Positions 40,830 through 53,906 are shown, counted from the whole stretch's first letter. The stretch: 63,479 nt of DNA, filler included, from Octopus bimaculoides (GCF_001194135.2; 6 parts of 6 records of this genome joined end to end with filler, not necessarily neighbours in it), one strand, 5' to 3'. The notes: generated from the letters alone by a model not told the origin. Numbers and translations are program-made.

Positions 40830-41022
40830 TGAAGGCCAGTAGTTTTAAGCGAAGGGGATAGTCGATTACATCGACACAAGCACTTGATTGGTCCTTGAAG
40901 GGATGAAAGGCAAAGTTGACCTCGGGGAGGGTGTGGGATAAACTCAGAAGGTAAAGAGCTGGAACAAATGCCGTAAAAGACTTTGTCTGACATGCTAACG
41001 AATCCACCTACTCGCTGCCTTA
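40830..41022 (-). mobile_element. Diverged SINE, gcctttcatcc-core family
   Basis: gggatgaaaggcaaagttgacctcgg ... ctcgctgcctta. Confidence 0.7.
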
Positions 41023-43195
41023 GCGGTGGTGATTGGCTAAACTTTAATATATGTCAGGCAAATAATTTATGAAACAAGAAAACGCTTTTAACTTATGAGG
41101 AATAGATTGGACTGATTTGACCTCCAGCATACAGCTGGTATCTACATTAATTAAGTTTACGAGACAAGATTTGAACACAACTCCAGTAGATAAAATAAGT
41201 AAAGCCACTGCTAGGGTTATTTACACTCAACGTCTTGAGAAACGCAATAAAATATCGTTATGTTCTTATGCTAATATTTCTCTATTACACATCTCAGCCG
41301 CTATAAGTGTTGTTTTCTAAGTTATTATTGATTATATATTAAATCCTAAGACTCCAGTTTGACTGGAAATTCTTTTGAAATTACCATTTTTGAAATTACA
41401 ATTCTGTGTCTATGAAATGGATATCTTCAGCTATCACCAATCTTCTCGAATTGCATAAGAATATTCTTTGCATGAAGAGATGGTGGAATAACAAAAAAAA
41501 ACAAATAACAAAAAAAAAAAATTAACTAAAAGAAATCGAAACCAGAATCGCTAGCATTAATTAAAATTGTCCAACAGTTCCATAACAACAAAAAAATTTA
41601 ATTCATTCCCTCTTCCCGTCTCTGTCATTTTTTTTCCTTGTTCATTTTCAAAGTAGTTAAAGTGAAGCGGAATCCTTCTACTAGAATACCCACGCAGATC
41701 GAAATGNNNNNNNNNNNNNNNNNNNNNNNNNNNNNNNNNNNNNNNNNNNNNNNNNNNNNNNNNNNNNNNNNNNNNNNNNNNNNNNNNNNNNNNNNNNNNN
41801 NNNNNNNNNNNNNNNNNNNNNNNNNNNNNNNNNNNNNNNNNNNNNNNNNNNNNNNNNNNNNNNNNNNNNNNNNNNNNNNNNNNNNNNNNNNNNNNNNNNN
41901 NNNNNNNNNNNNNNNNNNNNNNNNNNNNNNNNNNNNNNNNNNNNNNNNNNNNNNNNNNNNNNNNNNNNNNNNNNNNNNNNNNNNNNNNNNNNNNNNNNNN
42001 NNNNNNNNNNNNNNNNNNNNNNNNNNNNNNNNNNNNNNNNNNNNNNNNNNNNNNNNNNNNNNNNNNNNNNNNNNNNNNNNNNNNNNNNNNNNNNNNNNNN
42101 NNATATATATATATATATATATATACAAAGAGAGAGAGAGAGAGAGAGTGAGTGAGAAAGAGATCAAGGACGAAACAGCTGTAATGTCTAAATAAAACTC
42201 CTAGATTTATTTTCATGTAACAAGTATAGGAAAGGAGAAACAACAATTAAAATAACAACCCGAAAAATACAAGGAAAAAAAACAAAGAAAAAGTACAAAG
42301 TCTTTTTTGAATTCGAACTCACAAATAAAGGGGTTCCAATTTCAAACAAAACCACCCCCATCACCACCACTACCACCCCTAAAAATAGATCACAACAAAC
42401 GGAGTATGGAATAGAACTAAAATAGACCAACCTGCCTCACGAATCTTTACCTTCCCTGATTGTTGTGTGCGATTGGGTGGCTGTATGTGTGCTTCGGTAT
42501 AGTTTTAGTAGTAACCTTGCTAATTTTGTTATTGTTTTCTTTGATTTATTTACTTCCGCAGGAGAAGGGATTGGGAGATGTATGAGTTTGTGCGTATGTG
42601 TGTGTATGAGACTTTTTGTATAGGGGTGTTTAAGTGTGAGTGTACATGTGTGAGCTTTTCCAGCGGTAGATATTACTTGTGTGTATTTAAGAATATACTT
42701 AACGCTTTTATTTGCGCACATATCTATGTGTGAGTGTACATATGTATATAAATAAGTATATACATGAATCAGTGTAGATCGTGTTAACGGAAAATTTAGC
42801 CTAACAATTTATTAATTAAATATGCCGCCAAGCGAAACATGAAGTCCTCAAAACTGCGAACGTTAACCCCTTTTCTAAACGTTTATGCTTGTTTCGAAGC
42901 TTTAAGTTAGCCCTTGTTTCATAAGTTCTGAGTAATATAACGCTTTTCTTTCATAAACCCGAAGTTAATCCGGTGGTTGAAAAAAATGTGTGCACGTGGA
43001 TGCGTGCGTATGTAGATATATGCGTGCGTATATAGAGATATGTGCGTGCGTATATAGAGATATGTGCGTGCGTATATGGATATATGCGTGCATGCGATAA
43101 TATACGCAGTTTTAGACGAGTTTTGACCTTGTCACTACACAGTAATTTCTCTTTGTTTTCAACGGTCATTTTTCACAGGAATTTTCAATTGGCCG

Positions 43196-43256
43196 GATAA
43201 CTGAAGAGATGTTGGCATGGACTCCCACCCTGGCATCCGAAACTCGGAGTTTTATC
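43196..43256 (+). ncRNA. Type I hammerhead ribozyme-like motif
   Basis: Stem I GATAA/TTATC, core CTGAAGA, stem II GATG.../...CATC (+1 C), GAA, stem III ACTC-G-GAGT, cleavage triplet GUU. Confidence 0.6.
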
Positions 43257-44761
43257 ATGGCTACTGAATAAGTGTCACATATTTTTACAGATAAATTCCT
43301 CTATTTGCATAATATCGAGGTCTCTNNNNNNNNNNNNNNNNNNNNNNNNNNNNNNNNNNNNNNNNNNNNTTAATTAATTAANNNNNNNNNNNNNNNNNNN
43401 NNNNNNNNNNNNNNNNNNNNNNNNNATATATATATATTTATATGAATAGAAATGCATCACGTACAGGATTCAGTGTGCAATACTTAGCACGTGTAACCAC
43501 GGAAGTTAGCTAGATGCCTTACAAATCTAGGGGGCCGATTCTGATCTATGTATATTTTGTCTTGCTACCAATAAAAAAAATCTACAGGGTCCAGTACATT
43601 GGTTCGTCCGGGGACCTATAAACCTACTGAGACGGCCCTTTGTGTATCCAATGTAGACACTCGATTTATCAGGTTGGACCCTTCGTAAATGCCAGGTCAG
43701 TATTTAAGTCGAGACATTGCGTGCTGTTGTTATTTAGCGTTCCACTTAGTTTTTTTTTTTTTTTTTTTTTTGACAGTTCATTCTTTCGACAAGTCTTTTC
43801 TTCGACGAGTTTTTTTCTTCGACGGGTCGTTTCCGTAGAGGTAACCATTGTGAATACATTTGTGATGTATTTAATAAATAGACGACGATAAATAGCAGTT
43901 TGTATGCTGCATATTCAGTTCACAAAATCATACTAAATTACGTATAATTCTTCCCTTTTGTTTATTTAACCAGGAGCAAAATTCTTACAGCAGTTGAATA
44001 AATAACAGCAACATAAGATGAATCACAGGACATGAACCAATATGACCTGAAACTCTTAACTCGTATAAGCTCATTTACAGTCACGGAATCGACCAGTCAC
44101 AAGCAATTCAATTCACTTCTGTAAAAGACGCCATTTTGACGAGACGACTTCTTTTGTGTTTGGATTGAATTATTTAGCTTGTTAAAAGACAATTCTATGA
44201 CGTGAGCCATTTTGAAGTATGAGTTCAAAAATATTACAGTATGTTTTTTTACTGAGATTTGATGTTAACGTTTTGTTTCACTGCTTTGTGATTATATACT
44301 GAGATAATATTTTCATTGTATTTAAAAGACCGTGATTCTAAACGAAGTTGTTATTTTTTAATTGCGTTGCATTATATTGATAGCAGTGTCTGTGATTTGT
44401 ATCAAATACTAAATACAAGACTTTTCCCCCTTTATTGAGGAAGCTACCCAAGAGGTTGCAGTAAATTTTCTGGCCATCAGAAGCCAACCAGAAAAGAGCG
44501 TCGTACGTCAGTTTGACAATTCTGTAAAACGACTTGGAGGGAATCAAAAGGAATTATTTTCAAAATCTTATCTATTTGGTGCCCATGATGTTTTATAATC
44601 GGAGCAGGGGAATGGAACAGAAGTATTACAGCTGGAAATGTATAAAGAGCCTGTACAGGTTCCATATTGAAGAAGAAAACAATCATTCACATCAGTGGTT
44701 CGCAACCATTTTTTAATTTTTTTTTATCTATAACCTCTTTGATAACTATTTTATTTCATAT

Positions 44762-44989
44762 CCGGTAAGTTCACTGTCATCAATTCACCGCAGGGTAAGT
44801 TCACCGTAAGGAATGTTCACTGCGAAGAAAGTTCACTGCAAGGTAAGTTTACTAAGAGGTAAGTTCACAGTAAAAGAATTTTAAAAAAAACTTATTTTCG
44901 AACTCTAAATTTCACGGTGAACTTTCTTCACAGTGGATTAATGACGGTGAACTCTACTGCGATGAATTGATAGTGCTGAACTTACCTGT
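44762..44989. mobile_element. MITE with ~32-bp TIRs and subterminal 'aagttcac' repeats
   Basis: Left ccggtaagttcactgtcatcaattcaccgcag versus right reverse complement caggtaagttcagcactatcaattcatcgcag. Multiple aagttcac / gtgaact repeats are oriented inward. TA at the right flank. Confidence 0.75.
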
Positions 44990-45248
44990 AGTCATTTTGT
45001 TCTGGTGGACCCCCAAAGCCAATCAATTAAAACATCTTTCAAAATTCCTATTTTATCATTCATTCACTAGTGTAGGTTTACAATGACACGATCTGAGAGA
45101 ACATATTTCAGTGGCCAGAAACATGTTAAACTATGTAAAACATTGTAGAAAGAAACTTGACTGTTTCTTGCAATAAATGTCTGAAACAATCTTTTTTTCA
45201 TGAACACATAAAATACCACTGTGGGTCCTCAGTTTACTATTTTGCTAA

Positions 45249-45578
45249 GGCGACAAATTGGCAGAAACGTAAGCGCGCCGGGCGAAATGCTTAGTTACGC
45301 ACTGGGGTCGATATAATCGACTTAATCCGTTTGTCTGTCCTTGGCTGTTCCCTCTGTGTGAAGCCCCTTGTGGGCAGTAAAGAAATAAGAAACGTTAGCA
45401 CGCCGGGCGAAATGCTTAGCGGTATTTTGTCTGCTGCTACGTTCTGAGTTCAAATTCTGCCGAGGTTGACTTTGCCTTTCATCCTTTCGGGGTCGATAAA
45501 TTAAGTACCAGTTGCGTACTGAGGGCGATCTAATCTACTGCCCCCCACCTCCCCAAAATTTCGGGCCTTGTGCCTAGA
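45249..45578 (+). mobile_element. Dimeric SINE (left monomer internally deleted)
   Basis: Junction aaagaaataagaaacgttagcacgccggg at ~45380-45405 is shared with the dimer at 53907-54335. Confidence 0.85.
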
Positions 45579-46283
45579 ATTTAGTATTTTGCTTGCGTAG
45601 ACCTCGGTTAAGAACAACTGATTTACACAGTTAAAGACATTGGTATGTCAAGCTAACTTTTTTAATGAATCAGTCAATAATCATGTTTTAGCAGTAATGT
45701 GCTTTCTGTTTTTTAAGTATTTTTAATGTATTAGTTTTAATTCAAGGTTTCCAAGTTCGAAACCCATTATGCAATTATTAGTTCATACAGTATTATCACT
45801 AATAATCAATATATAATGATATGATTAATTCTCAAAGATACAACAATAGATATGCTAACAAAGAACATTTATATAAAAAATAAAACACAATACGAAACTA
45901 AAGGTTCAATACAGTATATAGAAAAAAGTCATTTTAGCAACCCTAGGTTAAGCAGCCCTTTTATTGATTGCTCCATCTTGTCATACAGGGACCTGTCCAC
46001 ATATTGCTATGTTTATATTTGTCTCCTTACATTTAGAAGTAGCAATGCCCTAACAGGTCAAACTGCCCCGAGAACTAATAACCACATTAACAAACACCTT
46101 ATCATGCGAAAACACACAACAGCATGCAGTCATATCAATTTATAATTGGCATATCTACAATATAGGCGCAGGTGTGGCGGTGTGGTTAACAAGCTTGCTT
46201 CGCGGCCACGTGATCTTGGTGTAATCGACTTACTCCTTCAAACGAAATTACTGACCTTGTGCTAATTTGGTACTAATGTTTTT

Positions 46284-46800
46284 TTCTTCTCTAGGCACAA
46301 AGCCCGAAACTCATGGGGAGGGGGCAAGTTGATTAGATCGACCTCAGTACGCAACTGGTACTTAATCTATCGACTCCGAAAGGATGAAAGGCAAAGTCGA
46401 CCTCGGTGGAATTTGAACTCAGAACATAAAGGCAGACAAAATACCGCTAAGCATTTCGCCCGGCGTGCTAACGCTTCTGCCAGCTCGCTGCCTTAATTTG
46501 AAATCAATATTCTTTTCTACTCTAGGAACAAGGCCCGAAATTTTGGTGGGAGGGGGGCACAGTCGATTAGATCGATCCCAGTACGCAACTGGTACTTAAT
46601 TTATCGACCCCGAAAAGATGAAAGGCAAAGTCGACCTCGGCGGAATTTGAACTCCGAACATGAAGACTGAGTTCAAATTCCGCTATGTCAACTTTGCCTT
46701 TCATCCTTTCGGGATCGATCGAATAAGGACCAGTTGAGCACTGAGTTCGATGTGATCAATTTACCCCATCCCACGAAACTACTGGCCTTGTACCAAAATA
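46284..46800. mobile_element. SINE cluster: two minus-strand copies plus one plus-strand copy head-to-head
   Basis: Copies at 46284-46495 (-), 46509-46662 (-) and 46668-46800 (+). Confidence 0.85.
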
Positions 46801-47010
46801 TTGTATTACATAGTTCTAGATTCATTAATCCTAACTGAACTGAGCTTAACCAGTATTTAACCTAAAATATATATAACGATTGTGTTTGAAATTTTATTAA
46901 AGATTAGAAATATATATAGCATACGTAACCATAAGCGCATTATGCAAAGCACCAGGGTTCCAAGTATAAAATTTCCTAACCAAATATTATGTTATTGAGA
47001 TGCATTTTTA

Positions 47011-47113
<103 letters not shown>

Positions 47114-47125
47114 GTTGACTTACTC

Positions 47126-47242
47126 CCTCGTGTTACGTATAGTTTTGTGGACGCGAAAGCACATCAGTTTCTTCGGACGTTCGGTCTGTCCAAAGAGATG
47201 GACGCGCTTTCACGTCCACAAAGCTATATAAGTAACACGAGG
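47126..47242. repeat. Imperfect ~35-bp inverted repeat
   Basis: cctcgtgttacgtatagttttgtggacgcgaaagc versus reverse complement cctcgtgttacttatatagctttgtggacgtgaaagc. Confidence 0.8.
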
Positions 47243-47402
47243 AACTAGGTCAAACGGATACTCAGTAAATACAACTGTTGCCTCATGTGTTGAGTGCTAC
47301 TTCCATTCATTTGTGTACTCACTTTAATATATATATATATGAACAGTGCGGGGGATGAGTTACAGGAAGAGGTTGAAAAAACTACGATTTTATTCCCTAA
47401 AA

Positions 47403-47770
47403 CGAAGACGCGACAGATACGTAATAATCTACATGTGGTAAATTTTGGAAAGGCTAGTAACTAATTTCGGCATTGACTGTTAGACAGATGCCCGAATTGG
47501 ACGTCGTTGTATTGTACGAAAGGTACTGTCCACTCCATCTAAATTCAGGACTAGCTATTGCAATAGCTTAGGAACCAAAGGCCCACAGCTCTTCATTACT
47601 CTGCCACAAAAGTTAAGAAAGCCCACACAATGTGGACGTAGATGTCTTCAAAAAGTGACTAAACATTCTCCTTTCCACAATACCGAATGCACCAACGACT
47701 CAGCAAGAGGTAGAGATGAGGGGAGCGGTGCCAAACTCCCTTGTACACCAAATGGGCCAGCGACCAGGAC
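47403..47770 (+). mobile_element. CR1-group LINE ORF2 C-terminal remnant
   Basis: RRRDRYVIIYMW*ILERLVTNFGI...RIGRRC...GPQLFITLPQKLR...LSTIPNAP...NSL, with stops; typical CR1-type post-RT region. Confidence 0.75.
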
Positions 47771-48124
47771 AAAAGCACATGCAGGAGTAATGGTGTGAAA
47801 CGCCACAACCTCAAGAAATCAGCCAAAGAAGAATTGTACGCAAGAGTACAAAATCACGGTGATGTTCCAGTATGACCGCAACCGCTTGGCAAAAAGGAAT
47901 AAAAGAAAAGAATATAAATGTATACATATGTACATACAAACATAAGTACGTACGTACGTACATACATGCATAGACACATACATACATACATACATACATA
48001 CATACATACATACATACATACAAAGATATATATATATATATAATTGGCAGAAATAATGGGTTATATACATTTACTTTTTATTATAGGCTTACTGCTGTTT
48101 CAGATATGTATTGCTGCATGTATA

Positions 48125-48225
<101 letters not shown>

Positions 48226-48586
48226 CAACGAACGCAGTCATGTATGTATGTGTGTATTTATGTATACACACATACACACATTAACACGTGTGTGTATGTG
48301 CGTGTGTGTGTTACAATATAATGAGGTTATTTATTATTAAGAAAAAAAATTTTATAATTGACCATTGCTGGAGTTTCACATAGTGAGAGGAACGAAAGTC
48401 TTCTGTGCCTCTGGCTGAATTCAGGGCAGAAGCGAAACCAAAGTAGATCCTGGTCCTCCACGTTGACAGTTTGAACATAGCAAGAAAAGGGTTGACGTAG
48501 AGGCTCCTACGATGGCCGTGTTCTACTTATTGCTCCTATCACCGGTGTTGCTTAACCCTAGATTGTCTTTAACCGTGTAGGTCAAG

Positions 48587-48768
48587 TACTAGCGTAGCTA
48601 GTAGGTGGAGGCAATAGAAGGGGTTTGCACCGGGCGGCACTTTTAAAGAGGCGGCACTTTCCATCCTGTTGTAAGCTATTGCTGTAGGCAGTATGCGTTT
48701 TTTTGTGGAGTTTGGGGCAGCAAATGGAAGGGCCGCCCCAGGCGGCACACACTCTAGCTACGCTAGTG
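48587..48768. mobile_element. hAT-type MITE (182 bp)
   Basis: Perfect 14-bp IR ACTAGCGTAGCTAG / CTAGCTACGCTAGT. 8-bp flanks aggtcaag / cgatcaag (6/8). Internal ggcggcac repeats. Confidence 0.8.
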
Positions 48769-51008
48769 CGATCAAGTATTCCAGCCATTTTTTTCTCAGG
48801 CTATATTATTAAGATTTCTCTTTTTTTTAAATATTGTATGGTGCTTGGGAGTAGATTTGGTTGGTATTTCTAGCATTTCGAAATACATCGTTGGTGGTTA
48901 ACCTCGCGCCACGTTCAAGTTAAAAAGTAAATAGGAAAAGGTAACGTGAGGAAAGAAAGGTCGTCTGCACTGAACCTTAGTACACTGAGAGAGGGGGACA
49001 GGGAGAGAGAAACAGAAAGAAGTAAAGAGAGGGGGAAGAAGAGAAAGAGAGTGCAAATCACGTGAGAGTGGCGTCGTCTGCGCAATGTGATAATACTGGC
49101 CGACAGACGTTCATGCAAACGTTATTACGCATGTACACACACACACACACACACACACACTCTCTCTCTCTCTCTCTTTCTGTCTTTCCTTCTCTCTATC
49201 TTTCTCTCTCTCCTTCTCTCTATCTCTTGCTCTCTCTCTCTCTCCCTCCTCTCTTTCTCTCCCCTTTCTCTCTTTTTCAGTGCAGAAAGGACAGCTAGTG
49301 CAGTCCATATCATGTTGTGTTGCACTGGCACTCTGAAACTAATACACTTTTAACAATAACAGCAACAACAATTACAATAACCACTACATCAACACCAGCA
49401 ACTTTACGAGCCATGCGCTATCAAGGAAACCCCGACCTGTCAGAAATAGCAGCCAAATTCCTCTCAAACAACAACTGAGTGTCTTTGAGAGAGAAAAAAA
49501 AAGATCTTTGATAATATAGTCCAGAATGTGCTCCTCCAGCAAAAAATATTTCAAAGAATGGGATTGCTCATCGTTGGGATGTTTATAATCAGAGATGAGG
49601 TGAGGTTTAGCAACAACTACAAACCAATGACAGTACCTTTATACAATCATTCGATATGCCGTAAATAACAGCTACATCTCTCTCAAGTGAAACTATACCG
49701 TCTTTTGTTAAGGCAATAAAGTGTGCCATTCTATGGAAGATTTAGCTGTTATTTCGAATCAGCTGAATGTCCACATAGAGGTTCTGTCCTTGACTCAAAT
49801 TCAGAATGGTGGTTGGCCTGGAGAAAAAAAGGACTATTCGCGGTTCTAGTCCAGAATTTGGAGGAAGAATATGGCGAAAGACGGTTATGCTTCACAATAT
49901 TTAGTGGAGTAGAGACGGTTGTAGTAGCGACTGAAGAAACGCACGCAGAAGAAGTAATGTGTCTGTGAACTATTTGTCGCATCGTATTGCTAAGTGGAGT
50001 AATAGACTTCATAAAGATATTGTCTATGACGTACATGGATGTAAGCCTGCAGAACTGCCCTATGCTATCCCAGTGTTGCTTTAGATATGAGGGAGACCTT
50101 AAGCTTTATGAAAGAAAGCTTAGTGTCTCTTTGTTAAAAAAAGTTTCTCAAAAAAAGTGGATTCACGAAGACTATTTTACGTCCCCTGCAGATTGAGAGG
50201 CCTTAAGCTTGTAGCTTTGTTAAGTTTATACTTAAATCCGGCTCTGCATAGATACGGGCAATAAGCCCAACGTGAGGATTAACCACCGAATATGACTGAA
50301 ATAGTTTCTAGACTTGAAAAAAAAAAATAGAAGGAAAGCTGGTCTTTGCAGTGCAGTTTTTGTGAGGGTACAACGTTATACAGTATTTGAAGTCATTATG
50401 GACGATCGATCGAAACGGGAGTATTTAATTTCGATTCTTCGTTGGAGCGGCTTCACATGCATCTTGGTGTCATTTTAGAATTTTTAATCGTCAAGCTCCA
50501 TATTGACGTTTTTGTGGTGGTCGTTTTTGCTGTTGTTATTATTGTTGTTGTTGCTGTTGTTGTTGTTGTTGTCATCGTCGTCGTCACAGTTATCGTTGTT
50601 GTCGTTGTTGTTATCGTTCCTATTGTCGTTGTACCCCCAGGCCAAACGAGATCGTGTCGTCCAGGGACCAAAACCATTCAAGCAACAAAGCCCTGTCCTT
50701 GTCGTTGCATTATCTAATGTTTATCTAATCGTGTCTAATAACGATTAAAGTATGATGACTCGAGGGAGATATTTAGCTGCTATTTTAGCAAATCGAGCTA
50801 CCATGTTGAATCAAGTTCTCTCTGTACCACGTGACCAAAGTGTCGCAATGGAAACCGGCTGGGCTCACATCGATATCTGCGTTGTTTTAATTAGCTTTAA
50901 GCTGTTTACTGTAGTGGAATGGTCGATGGTAAGTTAATCGACCACACCCTTCATATTGAGATGCAGATTAGAGGAGCTCAGAACAAGTGGAAGCATGCAT
51001 CGCCTAGC

Positions 51009-51360
51009 AATATCGTAACCAGTGTTTTGTACGCGCAACAGGTTCACAAACGGAGCCAGTGCTTGTGGGCACATTAGATAAATTCAATATCGTAGCCAGT
51101 GTTTTGTACACGCAACAGGTTCAGAAGCGAAGCCAGTCTTGTGGACACATCAGACAGATTCGGTATCGTAACCAGTGTTTCGTGCATGCAACAGGTTCAG
51201 AAGCGAAGCTAGTACATGTGGACACATTAGTTAGATTCAATATCGTAGCCAGTGTTTCGTACACGCAACAGATTCAGAAGCGAAGCCAGTGCATGTGGAC
51301 ACATCAGATGGGTTTAGTATCGTAACTAGTGCTTTGTACATGCAATTGGTTCACTGGTAG
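51009..51360. repeat. 77-bp minisatellite, ~4.6 units
   Basis: Units start at 51009, 51086, 51162, 51239 and 51316. Confidence 0.9.
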
Positions 51361-51368
51361 GGCTACAG

Positions 51369-51668
51369 CAGGGCTGGCTAATCTGAGACCCGCGGGGCAT
51401 GCTTCATACTTTCTTGAAATGGGTTTATTTAAACAAATATTTAAAAAATTTTATCAAAAGTTAAAGATTGTAATGAAAAGTAAAAATGAAAGATACTATT
51501 GGTTTTGCAACGATAATATTTAATGTTGAATCAACGATCATTCATTCATTATTGTAATAATAGCATGAGAAAGCAAAATGCTTTCAATTCTGTCAGTATA
51601 CAAGCGGCCCTGAAAAAACTTTCTATGATTAAAGTGGCCCGCAATGTAATTCGAGTTGGCCAGGCCTG
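51369..51668. mobile_element. hAT-Charlie-type MITE (300 bp)
   Basis: TIR CAGGGCTGGCTAA / reverse complement CAGGCCTGGCCAA. 8-bp flanks ggctacag / ggctagtg. Internal ggcccgc motifs. Confidence 0.8.
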
Positions 51669-51869
51669 GGCTAGTGCTTGTAGACATGTTAGATAGATCC
51701 ATTTTCATAGCCAATGCTTGTTCACCCGGCAGATTTAATATTGTAGTGCCTGTGTACCTAATATGTAGATTCACAATTTCAGTGAGTGTTTTGTACAAAC
51801 TTTTGTTTGATGTACGTAGAGCTTGATTTGTTGTAATATGTAAAGTAAACAATAATTTTGCTTAATTAA

Positions 51870-52085
51870 GGCGGCGAGCTGGCAGAATCGTTAGCACGCC
51901 GGGCGAAATGCTTCGTGGTATTTCGTCTGCCTTTATGTTCTGAGTTCAAATTCCGCCGAGGTTGACTTTGCCTTTCATCCTTTCTGGTTCGGTAAATTAA
52001 GTACCAGTTGCGTACTGGGGTCGATCTAATCGACTGGCCCCTCTCCCCAAAACTTTCGGGCCTTGTGCCTAGAGTAGAAAAGAAA
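51870..52085 (+). mobile_element. Intact monomeric tRNA-derived SINE ('B-type' tail)
   Basis: ggcggcgagctggcagaatcgttagc...gagttcaaattcc...gcctttcatcc...ttcgggccttgtgcctagagtagaaaag. Confidence 0.9.
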
Positions 52086-52810
52086 ATTTTGTTACGTTTT
52101 ATGGCGACGAGCTAGCAGAAACGTTATGGCGGTGGTAATTCAATACATTTGGAACATGTGGTATTCTTCGATTGTCGTTGACAGAATGCACTTTAGCGAG
52201 TCTTAGAGACATTCAAAAGTCGCCTCTTCATTCTTCAGTCTATGGGAGGTGTGTATTTGCGCGTGCGTATATAAATACATATATACACAAACAGACAGAC
52301 AATCACACACACACACACACACACGTGTGTGTGTGTGTTTGTGAACTCAATGCATGAGTGAAGAGTGTTCTTTAACACAATTACTAAACGGTTCATAATT
52401 CCAATCAGTATACAAGGGAGTTTATTGGAGTTTATTATACATACATACGTACATACATACATACATGCATACATATACATACATACATGTACATACATAC
52501 GTATTTAATATATATATATATATATGTGGTGGGGTGTCTGTTAGTATTTGTGTGTCTATGCGTATGCGTTTCTTCTTCTTCTTCTTCTTCTGCCTCTCTC
52601 GTTCGTTCATTCATTCATTCATTCATTCGATGTATGTTTTTTTTTCTTCATTTCGTTGCGCATCATCATTCACCCTCCACCTACGCCCTCGAGCTCGAGC
52701 ACATCGCACAATCATAAACACCATCCACATCACACTCATCATCATCATCATCATCATCATCATTGTCGTTACATCACTGTTTCCTCTCGTTACGACCTGA
52801 TATACATACA

Positions 52811-52857
<47 letters not shown>

Positions 52858-52957
52858 NNNNNNNNNNNNNNNNNNNNNNNNNNNNNNNNNNNNNNNNNNN
52901 NTTAATTAATTAANNNNNNNNNNNNNNNNNNNNNNNNNNNNNNNNNNNNNNNNNNNN

Positions 52958-53000
<43 letters not shown>

Positions 53001-53008
53001 TATAAGCT

Positions 53009-53041
53009 CTTCTGAAGAAGTGCTTTGCTCGAAACGTAAAG
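53009..53041 (+). ncRNA. Minimal hammerhead-like motif at the start of a short (TA)n-associated repeat
   Basis: CTT-CTGAAGA-A-GTGC-TTT-GCTC-GAA-ACGT-A-AAG. Stem II has one mismatch and stem I has only 3 bp. Confidence 0.4.
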
Positions 53042-53201
53042 CACCCTTTCTCGCCTTCCCTGAGCGTCTTATTAATACTTTGCATGTACCACGCCCTCAC
53101 TTTGTTGTTATTCTTCTTGTCTTTTGTCTCCTTCTTTTTCATTAATTATACATACATACCCACATACTTACATACGTACATACACACACACACACACATC
53201 T

Positions 53202-53232
<31 letters not shown>

Positions 53233-53906
53233 AGTACGTACTACGTACGTACGTACATATATATATATATATATTATTGTATATTGAAGAGTCTATGCTT
53301 CCATAGACATTAATTTTACCATTCTTTGTTTTTGCTGTATATTAGTAAATCAATGACGTTTGCCAAATTGAACAGAGTCAATGCCAACAAGATATATACG
53401 CCACTCTTTCTACTGTAACTATACCATCAATTATATCTGCCTCATCGTATCTCTATCTATCTCTCTCCCTCTCTTTCTTTCTATTCTCCTCTCTGTCTTT
53501 CCATCCCTCTCTCCCTCTAGTCTTCTCTCTCTCTCTCTATCTTCCTCTCTTTCTCTCTCTGTCTCTAAGGTATCTTCCTGCAATAATCAAAGACAATAAC
53601 TCATGTCAATATTACTGACTTAGTGACAACAATTATCTACAAATACTTATAAATGCATTCATACATACACACATATACATGCATTCATATATACACGCGT
53701 ACAGGCATACATATGTATTCATACCTGCATATATACATGCAAACACACACACGCACAATATGTGTCTGTATGTATGTGATTGTGTGTGTTTGTTTGTGTA
53801 TGAATATCTATATCATTCATTATTTCTCTTCCTCTTTCTTCCTTTTGTCTGTCTTAACCAATTTTCTCTATAATATCTTTCCATGGCATTATTCTTTCTC
53901 TTTAAA

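Larger units (their letters stand above)
44693..45620. mobile_element. hAT-Charlie-like non-autonomous element carrying two nested insertions
   Basis: TIRs CAGTGGTTCGCAACC / reverse complement CAGTTGTTCTTAACC. 8-bp flanks attcacat / atttacac (6/8). Confidence 0.65.

Noticed and set aside
51009-51360. Regularly spaced repeats resembling a CRISPR array
   Set aside because: Whole units are similar end to end with no unique spacers, the context is eukaryotic, and there are no cas genes.
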